The position numbers and the translations under genes are program-made. A stretch of 62,950 nt of DNA, the filler included, from Octopus bimaculoides (taxonomy: Eukaryota), in assembly GCF_001194135.2 (NCBI RefSeq). It is 7 parts of 7 records of this genome, joined end to end, with 100 filler letters (N's around TTAATTAATTAA, not from the genome) between each part and the next. Parts side by side here need not be neighbours in the genome. Positions count along the whole stretch, not along the records: positions 1 to 15,822 come from NC_068985.1; 6 more parts are not named here. One strand, given 5' to 3'. Shown in pieces: positions 1 to 11,300 of this stretch. The first letter of the stretch is position 1. Every line of letters starts with the position of its first letter. The notes under the pieces were generated by a model, which was not told where the DNA came from, ran no database searches, and saw only the letters and a list, made by a program, of their open reading frames with translations.

Positions 1-237
1 GGCACATAAAAGACACCATTTCGAGCGTGGCCGTTTTCGTGCGGGTGACACGTAAAAGCACCAACTACACTCTCTGAGTGGTTGGCGTTAGGAAGGGCAT
101 CCAGCTGTATAAACTCTGCCAAATCAGACTGGAGCCTGGTGTTGCCATCCGGTTTCACCAGTCCTCAGTCAAATCGTCCAACCCATGCTAGCATGGAAAG
201 CGGACGTTAAACGATGAGGATGATGATGATGATGATG
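1..237 (+). mobile_element. SINE family A (5'-truncated by the window edge), (GAT)n tail
   Basis: Recurring body GTTGGCGTTAGGAAGGGCATCCAGC...CATGCTAGCATGGAAAGCGGACGTTAAACGATGA; related copies at about 2530-2660, 9770-10000 and 10682-10858. Confidence 0.8.
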
Positions 238-588
238 GATTGTATGACCATTGTTTTGGAGTGTCTAGAAAACCTTTACTATTTATTGTACTGACTGATA
301 TTAGCAGTATGTAACCAAGGACATTTCATCTAATGGGAAATAATAAAATAGTGAGGGAAAGACAAGCTTTAACATTGCATATATATATTTGTATGGATCT
401 CTTTTTCTTTCAAAATGTGTGTGTGGAAGAAGAGAAGCACAGACAGAATTTTTTTTCCTAATGTATGGCTTCACTATTCTTAACAACCATGGTACTACAT
501 CCTTGTAGATTTGTAAGAGGACAAATGGTGAGAGAGATAAAAAGAAAAGGTAAAAATAATGATGGAATAAATACAAAATGATACTTAC

Positions 589-678
589 CCTTGCAAAGAA
601 GTATTCTAATCGCTGCTGTAATGCCACTACAGACTGTTTTGAGCGTTGGAGAATGTTCATGAAGCTTCCATTAAATAG
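589..678 (-). CDS. CCZ1: CCZ1 exon 5 (LFNGSFMNILQRSKQSVVALQQRLEYFFAR); gene continues beyond base 1
   Basis: Acceptor gttgttttccAG|CTA, donor AGG|GTAAGT; 90 nt, phase 0-0; resembles human LFNGTFLKAMEDGGVKLLKERLEKFFHR. Confidence 0.93.
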
Positions 679-1357
679 CTGGAAAACAACCAACAGCACA
701 ATTATAATTACATATTTGGAAAATTCACTGTCATGTTTATCATCACCCATCCTTTCCATCAACATAATTTTCATATTTGTTATATCTAACCTCATTGCTG
801 TTGTCATTTTCATTATCATTTGTGTATCTGAAATGTTTGTTTTTCTAGGCTGGTGGTATGGGTTGGATAGGTCTGTAATGAAGCACATCTGATTAGATAT
901 TGTGATTTGTTATCTTAGATATCCAACATTCTAAGATCTGACCCACCATATTTGGTGGCATATGATGCATTTTTTTGGGGAAAAAAAAATGTCTCAAAAG
1001 AATCACCCCAAATCATATATGCAAAGTTGAGTCTCCCATAAGCTAATTTTGTCCCTAATGCTGAATATGTGCTGTTGAAATTGAGGTGCATCTAAGATGC
1101 CCATGCATAATTTACGCCATTAAATACAATACTTAGGTTCAATCTAAATCTTCAGCTTACTTCTACATAACTATTCTTCCACTATAACACTTTCTCACTC
1201 AGCCACCAACAAACATCCCCCATTCATAAGACATCAATACAAATGAGCACTGATCAATGATTTTGTTTCCAAAATTCTCCAATCATTTGCATTGAAAGCT
1301 CCCTTATAAGTTAATTAACATACATCTATCAAAGCCTTTTAATAACTATACCATATT

Positions 1358-1568
1358 GGTTTCAAATTTTGGCACAAGAAAGTTTTGGGGGAGGGATATA
1401 GTTGAGTACATTGATCCCAGTGTTCAACTGGTGTTTATTTTATCGACCCTGAAAGGATGAAAGGTAAAGTTGACCTCAATGAGATTTGAACTCAGAATGT
1501 AGTGATGGACAAAATGCTGCTAAGCATTTTGCCTGGCGTGCTAATGATTCTGCCAGCTCACTGCCTTA
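1358..1568 (+). mobile_element. SINE family B insertion with 17-bp TSD
   Basis: AATAACTATACCATATT at 1341-1357 and 1569-1585; body TTTATCGACCC(T/C)GAAAGGATGAAAGG also seen at about 17160-17360, 26903-26990, 39062-39270 and 49245-49460. Confidence 0.85.
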
Positions 1569-1643
1569 AATAACTATACCATATTACATGAAATGAATGA
1601 TAATAGCTAAGGATCATTTGAGAATTGTATAATTTTATATTGA

Positions 1644-2005
1644 ACTAGCTGAATTACCCGGCGTTGCCCAGGTTACTGGTGTTCTTGTTCAAATAGGTAA
1701 ACAATAAATATGAAGATATAGAAAGTTAAAGAAGTGATGTTTAAATTCTCAATTGCAGAATAATGCTAATAATATAGCCTGAACTGGATAAACTACCCCT
1801 ATTTTGCAGAAAAAANNNNNNNNNNAGAATAATGCTAATAATATAGCCTGAACTGGATAAACTACCCCTATTTTGCAGAAAAAAGTGTAGGTGGTTAGCT
1901 GTGGACTCGAACTCACATCCCCGTGTAAAATTTGATTTGATCTGGTGGAGCTGTTTGAGAATGCATAGGGAACAGACAGACAAAGAATTTTATATATATA
2001 GAGAT
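1644..2005 (+). mobile_element. Non-autonomous Helitron/Helentron-like (DINE/HINE-type) element
   Basis: 5' end ACTAGCTGAATTACCCGGCGTTGCCCAGG; 3' end GACAGACAAAGAATTTTATATATATAGAGAT; both resemble HINE termini. Confidence 0.5.
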
Positions 2006-2029
2006 GATTGAATGATTCACTGAACATAC

Positions 2030-2152
2030 CTTAAACATTCGGTAAGCTTGTTTTAAAACACAATCATACACTAGATCTTGTACCTCTTCATCTTGATAGT
2101 CAATAAATGACTGTCCTTCCTTTATTTTTTCACTTGACGGTATTGTAATAGT
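2030..2152 (-). CDS. CCZ1: CCZ1 exon 4 (TITIPSSEKIKEGQSFIDYQDEEVQDLVYDCVLKQAYRMFK)
   Basis: Acceptor gcttccAG|ACT, donor AAG|GTATGT; 123 nt, phase 0-0; resembles human IEYQEEELLDKVYSSVLRQCYSMYK. Confidence 0.95.
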
Positions 2153-3308
2153 CTGGAAGCATATATAAAAAGAGTTAATATATATATAAAACACATGTAG
2201 AAATGTATATATGTATAGGAGCAGACACAGATATGTGGTTAAATAGTCTGTTTTACAACTACATGTTTTTGTGTTGGGTTCCACTGCATAGCTGACTGGG
2301 CAACTATCTTTTATAAGAGACTCAGGTTGACCAATGCTTCATGAATAAATTTGGTAGATGGAAACNNNNNNNNNNGTGTGTGTGTGTGTGTGTGTGTGCG
2401 TGTGTGTGTGTGTATACATGAATGTACGTGAATGTTAAATTTTTGCTTCTTAATTTTTGAGTGGTGATGATGTTTGTATTCTGTGTTGATATTATGATAG
2501 AATGAGTCACTGTGATTTTTAAAAATCTATGGAATATGGAAATTCCTGACCTGCAAAACAGGTGAGGGTTGGCAACAAAAAGAACACTCAGCTGTCAAAA
2601 CCCTGTCACCAAATTAATTCCTGTGAAGCTACAGAAATGGATGTTAAATGATATTAAATGATAATCAAACATGGATATACATGTATGTATGTGTGTGTGA
2701 ACTTTGATCATTCAAAGAATACATTAGTTGACAACTTGTTGAGTGAGATCAATTCATCATATGCTGTCATCAACACTACTATTTTGTGTGCGTGTGTGTG
2801 TGTGTAGAGTGTATGAGACCAAGACTTTTCCCTTTCAAATGGTACTATCTCTATGTAACTGAGAATAAGTAACAGAGGACAGGAACTCACCACTTAAAGC
2901 ACTGCTATTGTCACTACTACCATCATCATCATCATTATTTTAATGTCCAATTTTCCATGCTCACACAGGTCAGACAAAACTTTCTTGAAGCAAATATTTC
3001 CACAGTTGGATGCTCTTCCTGTGACAAACCCTCACTTGTTTGCGAGCAAGGTAATATTTCCTCCATGACTAACAAATAATGAATAGCTTGGACATGCTTC
3101 CGTGGAGGGTGATTGCAAGCAAACAAACACTATTTGAAAGTTGATGTTTTACTCAAAATCAAGGTGCACATGCCATGACAAAGGGAATACATAACCATTC
3201 ATGTGCATGTGGGAGCTGGTATCAAAAAGTTCCCCAACTAGTTTGAGAAACATAAAAATAAAAAAAAAACAAAAAACAAAAATGGACAAAATAAACTCAT
3301 AAATTTAC

Positions 3309-3399
3309 CACAACCATCCAGAAATTTTCTTCAGGTTCATGAAATATTTGTCGATGTTTTTGAGTGTGTAGACTTTTACAAGGTTTATCTGTGAATGTC
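3309..3399 (-). CDS. CCZ1: CCZ1 exon 3 ((R)TFTDKPCKSLHTQKHRQIFHEPEENFWMVV)
   Basis: Acceptor ttcattttcAG|G, donor GTG|GTAAAT; 91 nt; near-identical to the recalled human segment RTFSPSKPAKSLHTQKNRQFFNEPEENFWMVM. Confidence 0.95.
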
Positions 3400-3490
3400 C
3401 TGAAAATGAAGAGGAAAAGATAATCAGAATTTAGAATTTGAAAAAAGAAAATGAGTTTACTTAAGAAATTAGAAAATATATATAGGGTTA

Positions 3491-3631
3491 CATTATTTAC
3501 AATTGACGGATATTTGTCCTCATCTTGTTTGTTGTTAACACAACATTTCGGCTGATATACCCTCCAGTCTTCATCAGGTACTTTGGGGAAATTTTGAACC
3601 TGGGTTCTCATTCCTAAGGTATTTTCCGATG

Positions 3632-3679
<48 letters not shown>

Positions 3680-4078
3680 CACTGGTTTCATAATATTCAA
3701 GCCAGCTTTGAGTCTCTACATCTACACAGGAAAGTTAGATGGTTTGAAAGACGAGCTAGTTTTTGATGGAGTTTCTCTATGTCTCCATATTATCTAATTG
3801 TTACAGAGCTGACATTAGAGTTCAATGGAGACATATAGAGAAACTAAAAGCTAATACCATCTGGCTTGAATATTATGACACCAGTGGAATAATAATAATG
3901 ATAATAATATCGAAAAATACCTTAGGAATGAGAACCCAGGTTCGAAATTTCCCCAAGACACCTGATGAAGGCTGGAGGGTATATCAGCCGAAATGTGTTA
4001 ACAACAAACAAGATGAGGACAAATATCCGTCAAATGTAAATAATGTACATAATTTCTCATCTTTTAAATATAGAATTG
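3491..4078. mobile_element. Penelope-like foldback insertion with two minimal hammerhead-like motifs and a 14-bp TSD
   Basis: Inverted arms at about 3490-3705 and 3861-4047; TATATATAGGGTTA at 3477-3490 and 4079-4092; CTGATGA-stem-GAAA cores at 3962-3993 (+) and 3546-3577 (-). Confidence 0.75.
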
Positions 4079-4670
4079 TATATATAGGGTTAGCATTCAG
4101 TTTTATGAAAGTGTTTTATTTCATTATTTTCTGAGTTCAAACCTTACTAAAGTCAAATTTCCATGTTTCTAAGCAAGGTAACCTTTCCCCCTAGTCTACT
4201 GAAAAATGAACAGCTTAGGCATGCTCTCATGGAGGATTGTAAATAAGCAATACCAATTGTATGAAAGACAACTTCTTGTTTGCAATCATCACTCCCCCCC
4301 CCATGTATATGTGTTATTTATGTATAAGGAAAACAAGGATTGCACTACCAAACAATGATTTTCTTCAATAAATCTTGCAATCAACTGCACTCATCTGCAA
4401 TGAACCTGTTATATGGGAATGTAATTTCTCTTTATCTTACACCTTAACAAACCTACATTAGACTCTACATTCTAACACATGGTTACTGTGTACACTTTCA
4501 TGTTTGTGCATCTTTAAAAGTAAAAAAACTATACACTAATGTGTGTGTATGTATGTGGGTATAAAATCATACAGACATAAACCTCCAACGAGCATAGCCA
4601 TTTTTCTCTTCTCTTTACTCTATGAAGAAGGACATATTTGTCCAAAATATTGGATTATTAAATGTTTTAA

Positions 4671-4885
4671 CTCTTTAGCATTCAGATTATTGACAAATGT
4701 AATACTTTTTCATTCACATTGTTTTTAATTAATCATGCATTATTTCATAACTTTGAAATTTTGATGTGATTGTATATTTTTAGAATAACATTGAAGGGTA
4801 TGTGTGACAGCCTGGATTTGGTGGGTTAGAATATAAAACAGGTAGCTTATTTAAGCTGGGTATGGCTGGTTTAAATGCTAAAGGG
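4671..4885. mobile_element. piggyBac-like MITE
   Basis: TTAA|CTCTTTAGCATT ... AATGCTAAAGGG|TTAA; TTAA at 4667-4670 and 4886-4889. Confidence 0.7.
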
Positions 4886-5258
4886 TTAAAGTCAAAATGT
4901 AATTTTCGTTCTTAAATATTTTTACCCTGTTCCCAACTGTATTACCATGATTCTCTAAATCACTGTTTTTCCATTTATGTAGTTAGTGTGTGGGTGTGTG
5001 TGTGTTTTTCTTTTTTGACATTAGAAAAGGAATCCATTCACAGGAAGCATGTCAAAAGTGAGAACATGGAGCAAATCAATGTTCCTCCAGCCTGGTAGAT
5101 CTGGTCAAGATATTTAACCTATGCCAACATGGAAAGCAGACATAAAAATGCTGATGACAAACAACAATACACACATGCACATAGCTTTGATTAACCAGAG
5201 GTTATACTTTAAGAGATCTGCCCTGAAAGCAAAGTTACTTGGTTTAGAAAACAAGCTT

Positions 5259-5949
5259 CGGATCTTTTTGGTTTGACGGGCCACACTTGTTTTCTTAACG
5301 AAACACTTTCAAACTTGGGACACTGGTAGAATATGTCATATAAAACAACTTTTTCTCTTAGCCTTCTTAAAAAAAAATTGTACATGGCAAGTTATTTCAT
5401 GTTAAAGTTGTCGTATTTCTGTAATTTCAACCAATCACTGATGTCTATTCAGCTGAATACAGTTAGTGCTGTTTTATAAACAATAATTTTTTGCCGGTGT
5501 CAAGTGTGTTATTCCCTGTTTAATTATATCATTATTCCCTAGTAAGGGTTTAGGGTTTTAGGGTTAGGGTTCAGGTTTTAGAGTTAGGGTTAGGGTTTTA
5601 GAGTTAGGGTTAGGGTTTTAGGGTTAGGGTTATGGTTATGAGTGAGGTTATGGCAAAAATAATCATAACCCTAACCCTAATCCTAAAACTAACCCTAACT
5701 CTAAAACCCGAACCCTAACCCTAAAACCCTAAAGCTAAAACCAGTACAAACGCACGAACGATGTCATAAATAACAGTGACAAACAAAATATATACCGCTG
5801 ATAGTTGTTGTTGACAAACAACGGCACTAATTTTATTCAAGGGAAAAGATCCCATGACACCATTGTTTACATTCCACGGCAATAATTGTTTTCACCTCAA
5901 TAGACGTCAATGATTGGTTGAAATTACCGAAATACGACAATTTTTTTAC
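5259..5949. mobile_element. Foldback repeat with head-to-head telomere-like arrays; boundaries approximate, right end lost in the gap
   Basis: Inverted segments 5407-5449 and 5898-5940; degenerate (TTAGGG)n at about 5545-5651 facing (CCCTAA)n at about 5664-5741. Confidence 0.65.
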
Positions 5950-6429
5950 NNNNNNNNNNNNNNNNNNNNNNNNNNNNNNNNNNNNNNNNNNNNNNNNNNN
6001 NNNNNNNNNNNNNNNNNNNNNNNNNNNNNNNNNNNNNNNNNNNNNNNNNNNNNNNNNNNNNNNNNNNNNNNNNNNNNNNNNNNNNNNNNNNNNNNNNNNN
6101 NNNNNNNNNNNNNNNNNNNNNNNNNNNNNNNNNNNNNNNNNNNNNNNNNNNNNNNNNNNNNNNNNNNNNNNNNNNNNNNNNNNNNNNNNNNNNNNNNNNN
6201 NNNNNNNNNNNNNNNNNNNNNNNNNNNNNNNNNNNNNNNNNNNNNNNNNNNNNNNNNNNNNNNNNNNNNNNNNNNNNNNNNNNNNNNNNNNNNNNNNNNN
6301 NNNNNNNNNNNNNNNNNNNNNNNNNNNNNNNNNNNNNNNNNNNNNNNNNNNNNNNNNNNNNNNNNNNNNNNNNNNNNNNNNNNNNNNNNNNNNNNNNNNN
6401 NNNNNNNNNNNGTGGGGCTAGTCGATTAT

Positions 6430-6677
6430 GGTACTACTAAAGCAGCACGGTCTCGAACGCGCAGTCGCGCGTCCGCGCTAGCTAGTCGTAAGTGGTCGAC
6501 CTAACCCTAAACACGTATTCATTTGCACACGCGGGTTAGGGATAGGGTTAGGGACAGGGTTAGGGTTAGGGATAGGGTTAGGGATAGGGTTAGGGTTAGG
6601 GTTAGGATCGACCACTCAAGACTAGCTAGCGTGGACGCGCGACTGCGCGTTCGGGACCGTGCTGCTTTAGTAGTACC
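6430..6677. mobile_element. MITE with about 70-bp TIRs, a 9-bp TSD (Mutator-like) and an internal TTAGGG/ATAGGG array
   Basis: TIR GGTACTACTAAAGCAGC...; GTCGATTAT at 6421-6429 and 6678-6686; flanks resemble an interrupted SINE-B. Confidence 0.85.
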
Positions 6678-7234
6678 GTCGATTATATCACCTTCATGCT
6701 CTACTGGTACTTTATTGACCCCGAAAGGATACCAGACACATACTAGCGATTCACGAAGCGGGTACCGGGAAGAAGTGGAAACTAGATACATAAACAGAGA
6801 CAGACAAACAGAGCTGGACATGACGTTCAAACAAAGGGAACTAACTCTCAAACCTTTGAATCAAAGTCTTTAAACAGACTGACATTACTCTGAAATAGTT
6901 TCCACGTCCGAAATGCATGACAATTAAATATTTACACCAAATAACAAACGAAATCTAGCAAAATTAGGGCAACAATTGTTTTTCTTTTATCTTTCTTCTT
7001 TGTAAAATAACCTGACAGGATTAAAAAGTTTCCCTAATCTAATTTGTTAATCGCTAATTTTCGTTATGTCACTATTGCTCCCTTTTCTCCATCTCGTTTT
7101 CTAAACTCCCGTCTTCTACTCATTTCCTTTCCGGCAAACGAAGAAGACAGCTTAATAAACCATATTCGTCAATTTAAGTCAGCAAGAACCATCTATGTCT
7201 ACTTAATATGAATGAGCAAACAGGAGCCTGTAAG

Positions 7235-7614
7235 GGTAATCTTTCAGTTTAGGGCGTTTAAAAAGTAAATAAAAATGAAAGGGGGAATAACAAGGAGGAA
7301 AAAGTAAACTTTAGCGACATAGACCTGGGCTATAAGCAACCAAAAAGTAAACGACAGTTTTTTTTTTTCTTTTGGAACAGAATTCCCCCATATGAATTCG
7401 TGTTAATATGACAAATAAATCGTCCGACGTTCCAAATTGTCGCCGTAATTTTCTTTTTACCTGCATCCACATATTCTCCACATTTTGCGTGAGCACGTTC
7501 TCATTTGTCGGATCCACAAAGTTCTGGTGCACAATCACTTCGTGAGTGTAAATGCCGTCATTTGGGTTTCACTTTTATTTACCTCTTTTAAACGTCCTAA
7601 ACTGAAAGATCACC
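7235..7614 (-). mobile_element. Internally deleted Merlin (IS1595/ISXO2-like) DNA transposon
   Basis: TIRs GGTAATCTTTCAGTTTAGG / CCTAAACTGAAAGATCACC; near-TSD GCCT(G/C)TAA; residual peptide HQNFVDPTNENVLTQNVENMWMQVKRKLR. Confidence 0.75.
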
Positions 7615-8189
7615 GCCTCTAAATAATCGTTCAACTATGCTAAAAATAGCAGCCAAATCTCACTTAACTCTTGGAACCCGCGAATACACTTTAGTAGGGT
7701 GGGGTGTCTTAGTTTGCTTATACTTTTAGAAGATGCAATGGCAGGCGGCCACATAATTTTGCGTTTACGGTCACTAATAGGCAGAAACACTTTTCAGTCA
7801 TAAATACAATACCAAGTGGCCGCCCGCTTTTGCGTTCAAGCGGTTATAATCAAACGAAATTGCGCCCATTAAAGCATATTTGCAGGTACAAATAGTTAAC
7901 TTAAAACGTAGCATAATGTAAAGGGCGTGACACATTGGATAAAGTAGTATAAGATAACGATGACGGACAGGTGGTTTGTGAAGCCTGTTGAATAAGACTT
8001 GGCTTGGAACTAAACAGTAGCTCAATAAAAGATGAGCCAAAGAAGGCGCCCCTGCTTCGCTAGATCTCGAAGAGATAACAGCCAGATCACCAAAATCACA
8101 CTCTACTATAATAAAAAAAAATAATCCTTGACATATTATGAACAGGATGGTCATGATAGTTAAGGTTCCATGTGCATTGTAAGATAGCT

Positions 8190-9600
8190 TCTGCAGTGGC
8201 CACATCCACCTTATTTTGTTCTTCAGTCGACTGAACATTCATCATCGAGAAGACATGCTCACATTAGCATTATGCGCTGGTATGCTAAATAAGAACTGGC
8301 ACAAAATTAGCAACTCCTTGAAATTCAATCTGCTGAAGGATAGAAAACCATCTTTCATAGTACAGTTTTGTCTTCCATTCATCAGGTTTGATCTGCATCT
8401 CTTTAGCAAGAATTTTTTTAAATGTTGACCACTGACAGAAAAGAATATTGTCATCAATTTTTATACCTTTGTTTTTTTAACACTAGACAAGAGGATTCTT
8501 CATGTTCCCATGCTGGAACTGTATCTAATAACATCCATGTAAAGTTATCAAAATTTTCAAAACACAAAACCCATTTCTCAAGATACTCATGGCAAGTGCC
8601 ATAATAGTTATCCACCTTTTTCTCTTCAGATTTGTTATCATCATTGTTAAGGTAATCCTTCACACTGAGAGGAATAAACTTTTCATTAATTCTTTCCCTT
8701 ATAACTGCAACAAGCTCTTTTAAACCACCAAGCACTTCAATAATGCTGTTACTCTCTATTCTATCTTCATAATCCTGTTGCTAAAAACATATTCAAAACT
8801 GTGAACAAGATATAAGTAGGCTTTGCTCAGTGGATTATTGAAGAATTTGGGGGACTTTTTCTTCAGAATTAAAATGAGATTTCAGTGCTTTAAATAACCA
8901 TAGGATTCTCTAAACTGTTCTCATCAAAGAAAGCCAAAGAGCTTTAGAATATGAGAGAATTGAGGCATACTGCACACCAACAAACTTGCAGAAATCTTTC
9001 AGCAGTATAAATACCAAAGTATAAAAACAATTTAACAACTACTTCAACATCAACAGGAAGAACACTGGCCGCAGTATGATGAGCAGCATTGTGCAGAATA
9101 TGGGCTGGACATCCAACACCTTCCATCAATTCAGTCATGCTTTCTTTGAATTTTGAATAGACATTATTTGTGTCTATGCACAAACGCCCACCAAAATTAG
9201 TATTTATGTTATCTCCACCAAAAGCTATACATTTCTTCACAGCCAGTCCTAACTCAATGAGGTTCTCTCTGCAGAAGCTTGCTATTCTTTCTCAGGTCTC
9301 ATTTGGGAGGGATCTTGCAATAACTTTACCACTTTTCATGTGAAAAACATTGCACAATCAATGGGAAAATTTTCTCAACATTGTGATTTCTTGCATCTGT
9401 AGATATGCCATAAAAAGAAGAGTTATTTATATCTTTAACAATCACTGCAATAGTGTATGGAGTCACAACATTTTTATTATTGCAGCACATTTAGTCCTAG
9501 CACTTGAAAATTTGCATGCAATTTTAGAATCAGGAAACACTGTTGGTAGTAGTGTGTTCGTACAGTCATCTCACAGGCAAAAATTACAGGTATAAATTTT
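8190..9600 (-). pseudogene. Decayed hAT-family transposase
   Basis: Fragments GISTDARNH, AFGGDNINTNFGG, GVGCPAHILHN and LCQFLFSIPAHNANV (dimerisation domain), broken by frameshifts and stops. Confidence 0.8.
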
Positions 9601-9999
9601 TCTGGGGAGGAGGTGTATACTCTTAGCAGAGAAGTTCATAGACTTGAGTTTCTCAACTGCTTGGCTTTTTGAAAATGGAGATAAAATCTAGCATAATGTA
9701 AGGACAATGATTGGATATATCAATAAAAAATGGAAAATTGAAAACACCTGTAGAAATCTCACATCACCAACATTTAGCGTCTGTTTTCCATGCTGGCATG
9801 GGTTAGTTAGATGGCTTGACAGGAACTGGCAAGGCCAGGGGCGGCACCAGGTTCCATAGCCTGTTTTGGATAGGTTCCTATGGCTGGATGCCCTTCCTAA
9901 TGTCAACCATTTCACAGAGTGTACTGGATGCTTTCAATGTGGCATCGTCACCAGTGCTTTTTACCAGTACCTTTTATGTGGCACCAACACCAGTGTGTT

Positions 10000-10300
10000 T
10001 TACATGGCATCAGCACCAGTGCTTTTTACATGATACCTTGATTTTAGGATTTCAGTCCTGTTGTGGTGGCAGGTCTTCTTGATTATAGTAATGCACCGCA
10101 TATCTTTGTTCTCTGTCATCTCTTTTGTATGGTCCAGTGTTTTGAGATCGACCTTCAATGCTTCGTCCAATGTCTTCCTGGATCTCTCTCTCTCTCTTCC
10201 ACAGCTTCCCACCACATTAAGTGACCAGCACTTCTTTATGCAGCTGTCCTCATCCATGTGCATCACATGATCAAACTTAGTGCAGTTTCCTCTCTTGCAC
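10000..10300 (-). mobile_element. RTE-clade LINE 3' fragment
   Basis: Peptide HVMHMDEDSCIKKC..GSCGRERERSRKTLDEALKVDL, the RTE C-terminal GRGRPRKTW-type motif. Confidence 0.7.
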
Positions 10301-10681
10301 ACTACATCTAATTCCTCTTATGACCAAATTGCTATTGCTAATATACTAAGACAAGTGTTTGTAGGAGAAGACAGTCAATTTACTTGACCACTTGAATATT
10401 AACCCCAAAATTGATGGCAGTACAAGAACTGTAACAAGGCAAATTTGAAGTTATCTCTTCTCTTTTACATGTTTCAGTAGCTGGACTGTGGCCATGTTGG
10501 GGCACAACCTTGAGAAGTTTTAGTTAAATGAATTTACATTAGTACATTTTTAAAGCCTGGTATTTATTCTATTTGTCACTTTTGCCAAACTGTAAAGCTA
10601 TGGGCATATAAACAAACCAACACCAGTTCCCAAGCACAGGTGTGAAACACACACATACATATATATATACATACATACATA

Positions 10682-10858
10682 TCATCATCATCATCATCAT
10701 CATCGTTTAACGTCCGCTTTCCATGCTAGCATGGGTTGGACGATTTGACTGAGGACTGGTGAAACCGGATGGCAACACCAGGCTCCAGTCTGATTTGGCA
10801 GAGTTTCTACAGCTGGATGCCCTTCCTAACGCCAACCACTCAGAGAGTGTAGTGGCGT
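10682..10858 (-). mobile_element. SINE family A, inverted copy
   Basis: Reverse complement matches bases 66-221 with one mismatch over about 150 bp; (CAT)n tail. Confidence 0.85.
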
Positions 10859-11073
10859 TAGACNNNNNNNNNNNNNNNNNNNNNNNNNNNNNNNNNNNNN
10901 NNNNNNNNNNNNNNNNNNNNNNNNNNNNNNNNNNNNNNNNNNNNNNNNNNNNNNNNNNNNNNNNNNNNNNNNNNNNNNNNNNNNNNNNNNNNNNNNNNNN
11001 NNNNNNNNNNNNNNNNNNNNNNNNNNNNNNNNNNNNNNNNNNNNNNNNNNNNNNNNNNNNNNNNNTGATGATA

Positions 11074-11123
<50 letters not shown>

Positions 11124-11267
11124 TACATATGTATGAACACACATGATCATCACCATTTAATGTCTGTTTTCCATGCTGGCATAGGTTGATACATGCATAA
11201 ACATATACATGCACACGCACACATTTATATATACACACACAGGTACATTCATACACATTTGTGTGTG

Positions 11268-11300
<33 letters not shown>

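Noticed and set aside
301-345. FPLDEMSL resembling CCZ1 FFPLDKMTYL as a next exon
   Set aside because: The upstream residues do not match DLLDIFGGIS, and the frame stops after four more codons. Treated as coincidence.
301-888. 195-aa ORF that looks like a membrane protein
   Set aside because: Only 589-678 is real (CCZ1 exon 5). The apparent TM segment is the AT-rich intron upstream of the acceptor.
1751-1885. Tandem duplication of about 60 bp
   Set aside because: Identical copies flank a 10-N gap, which is typical of an unmerged contig overlap.
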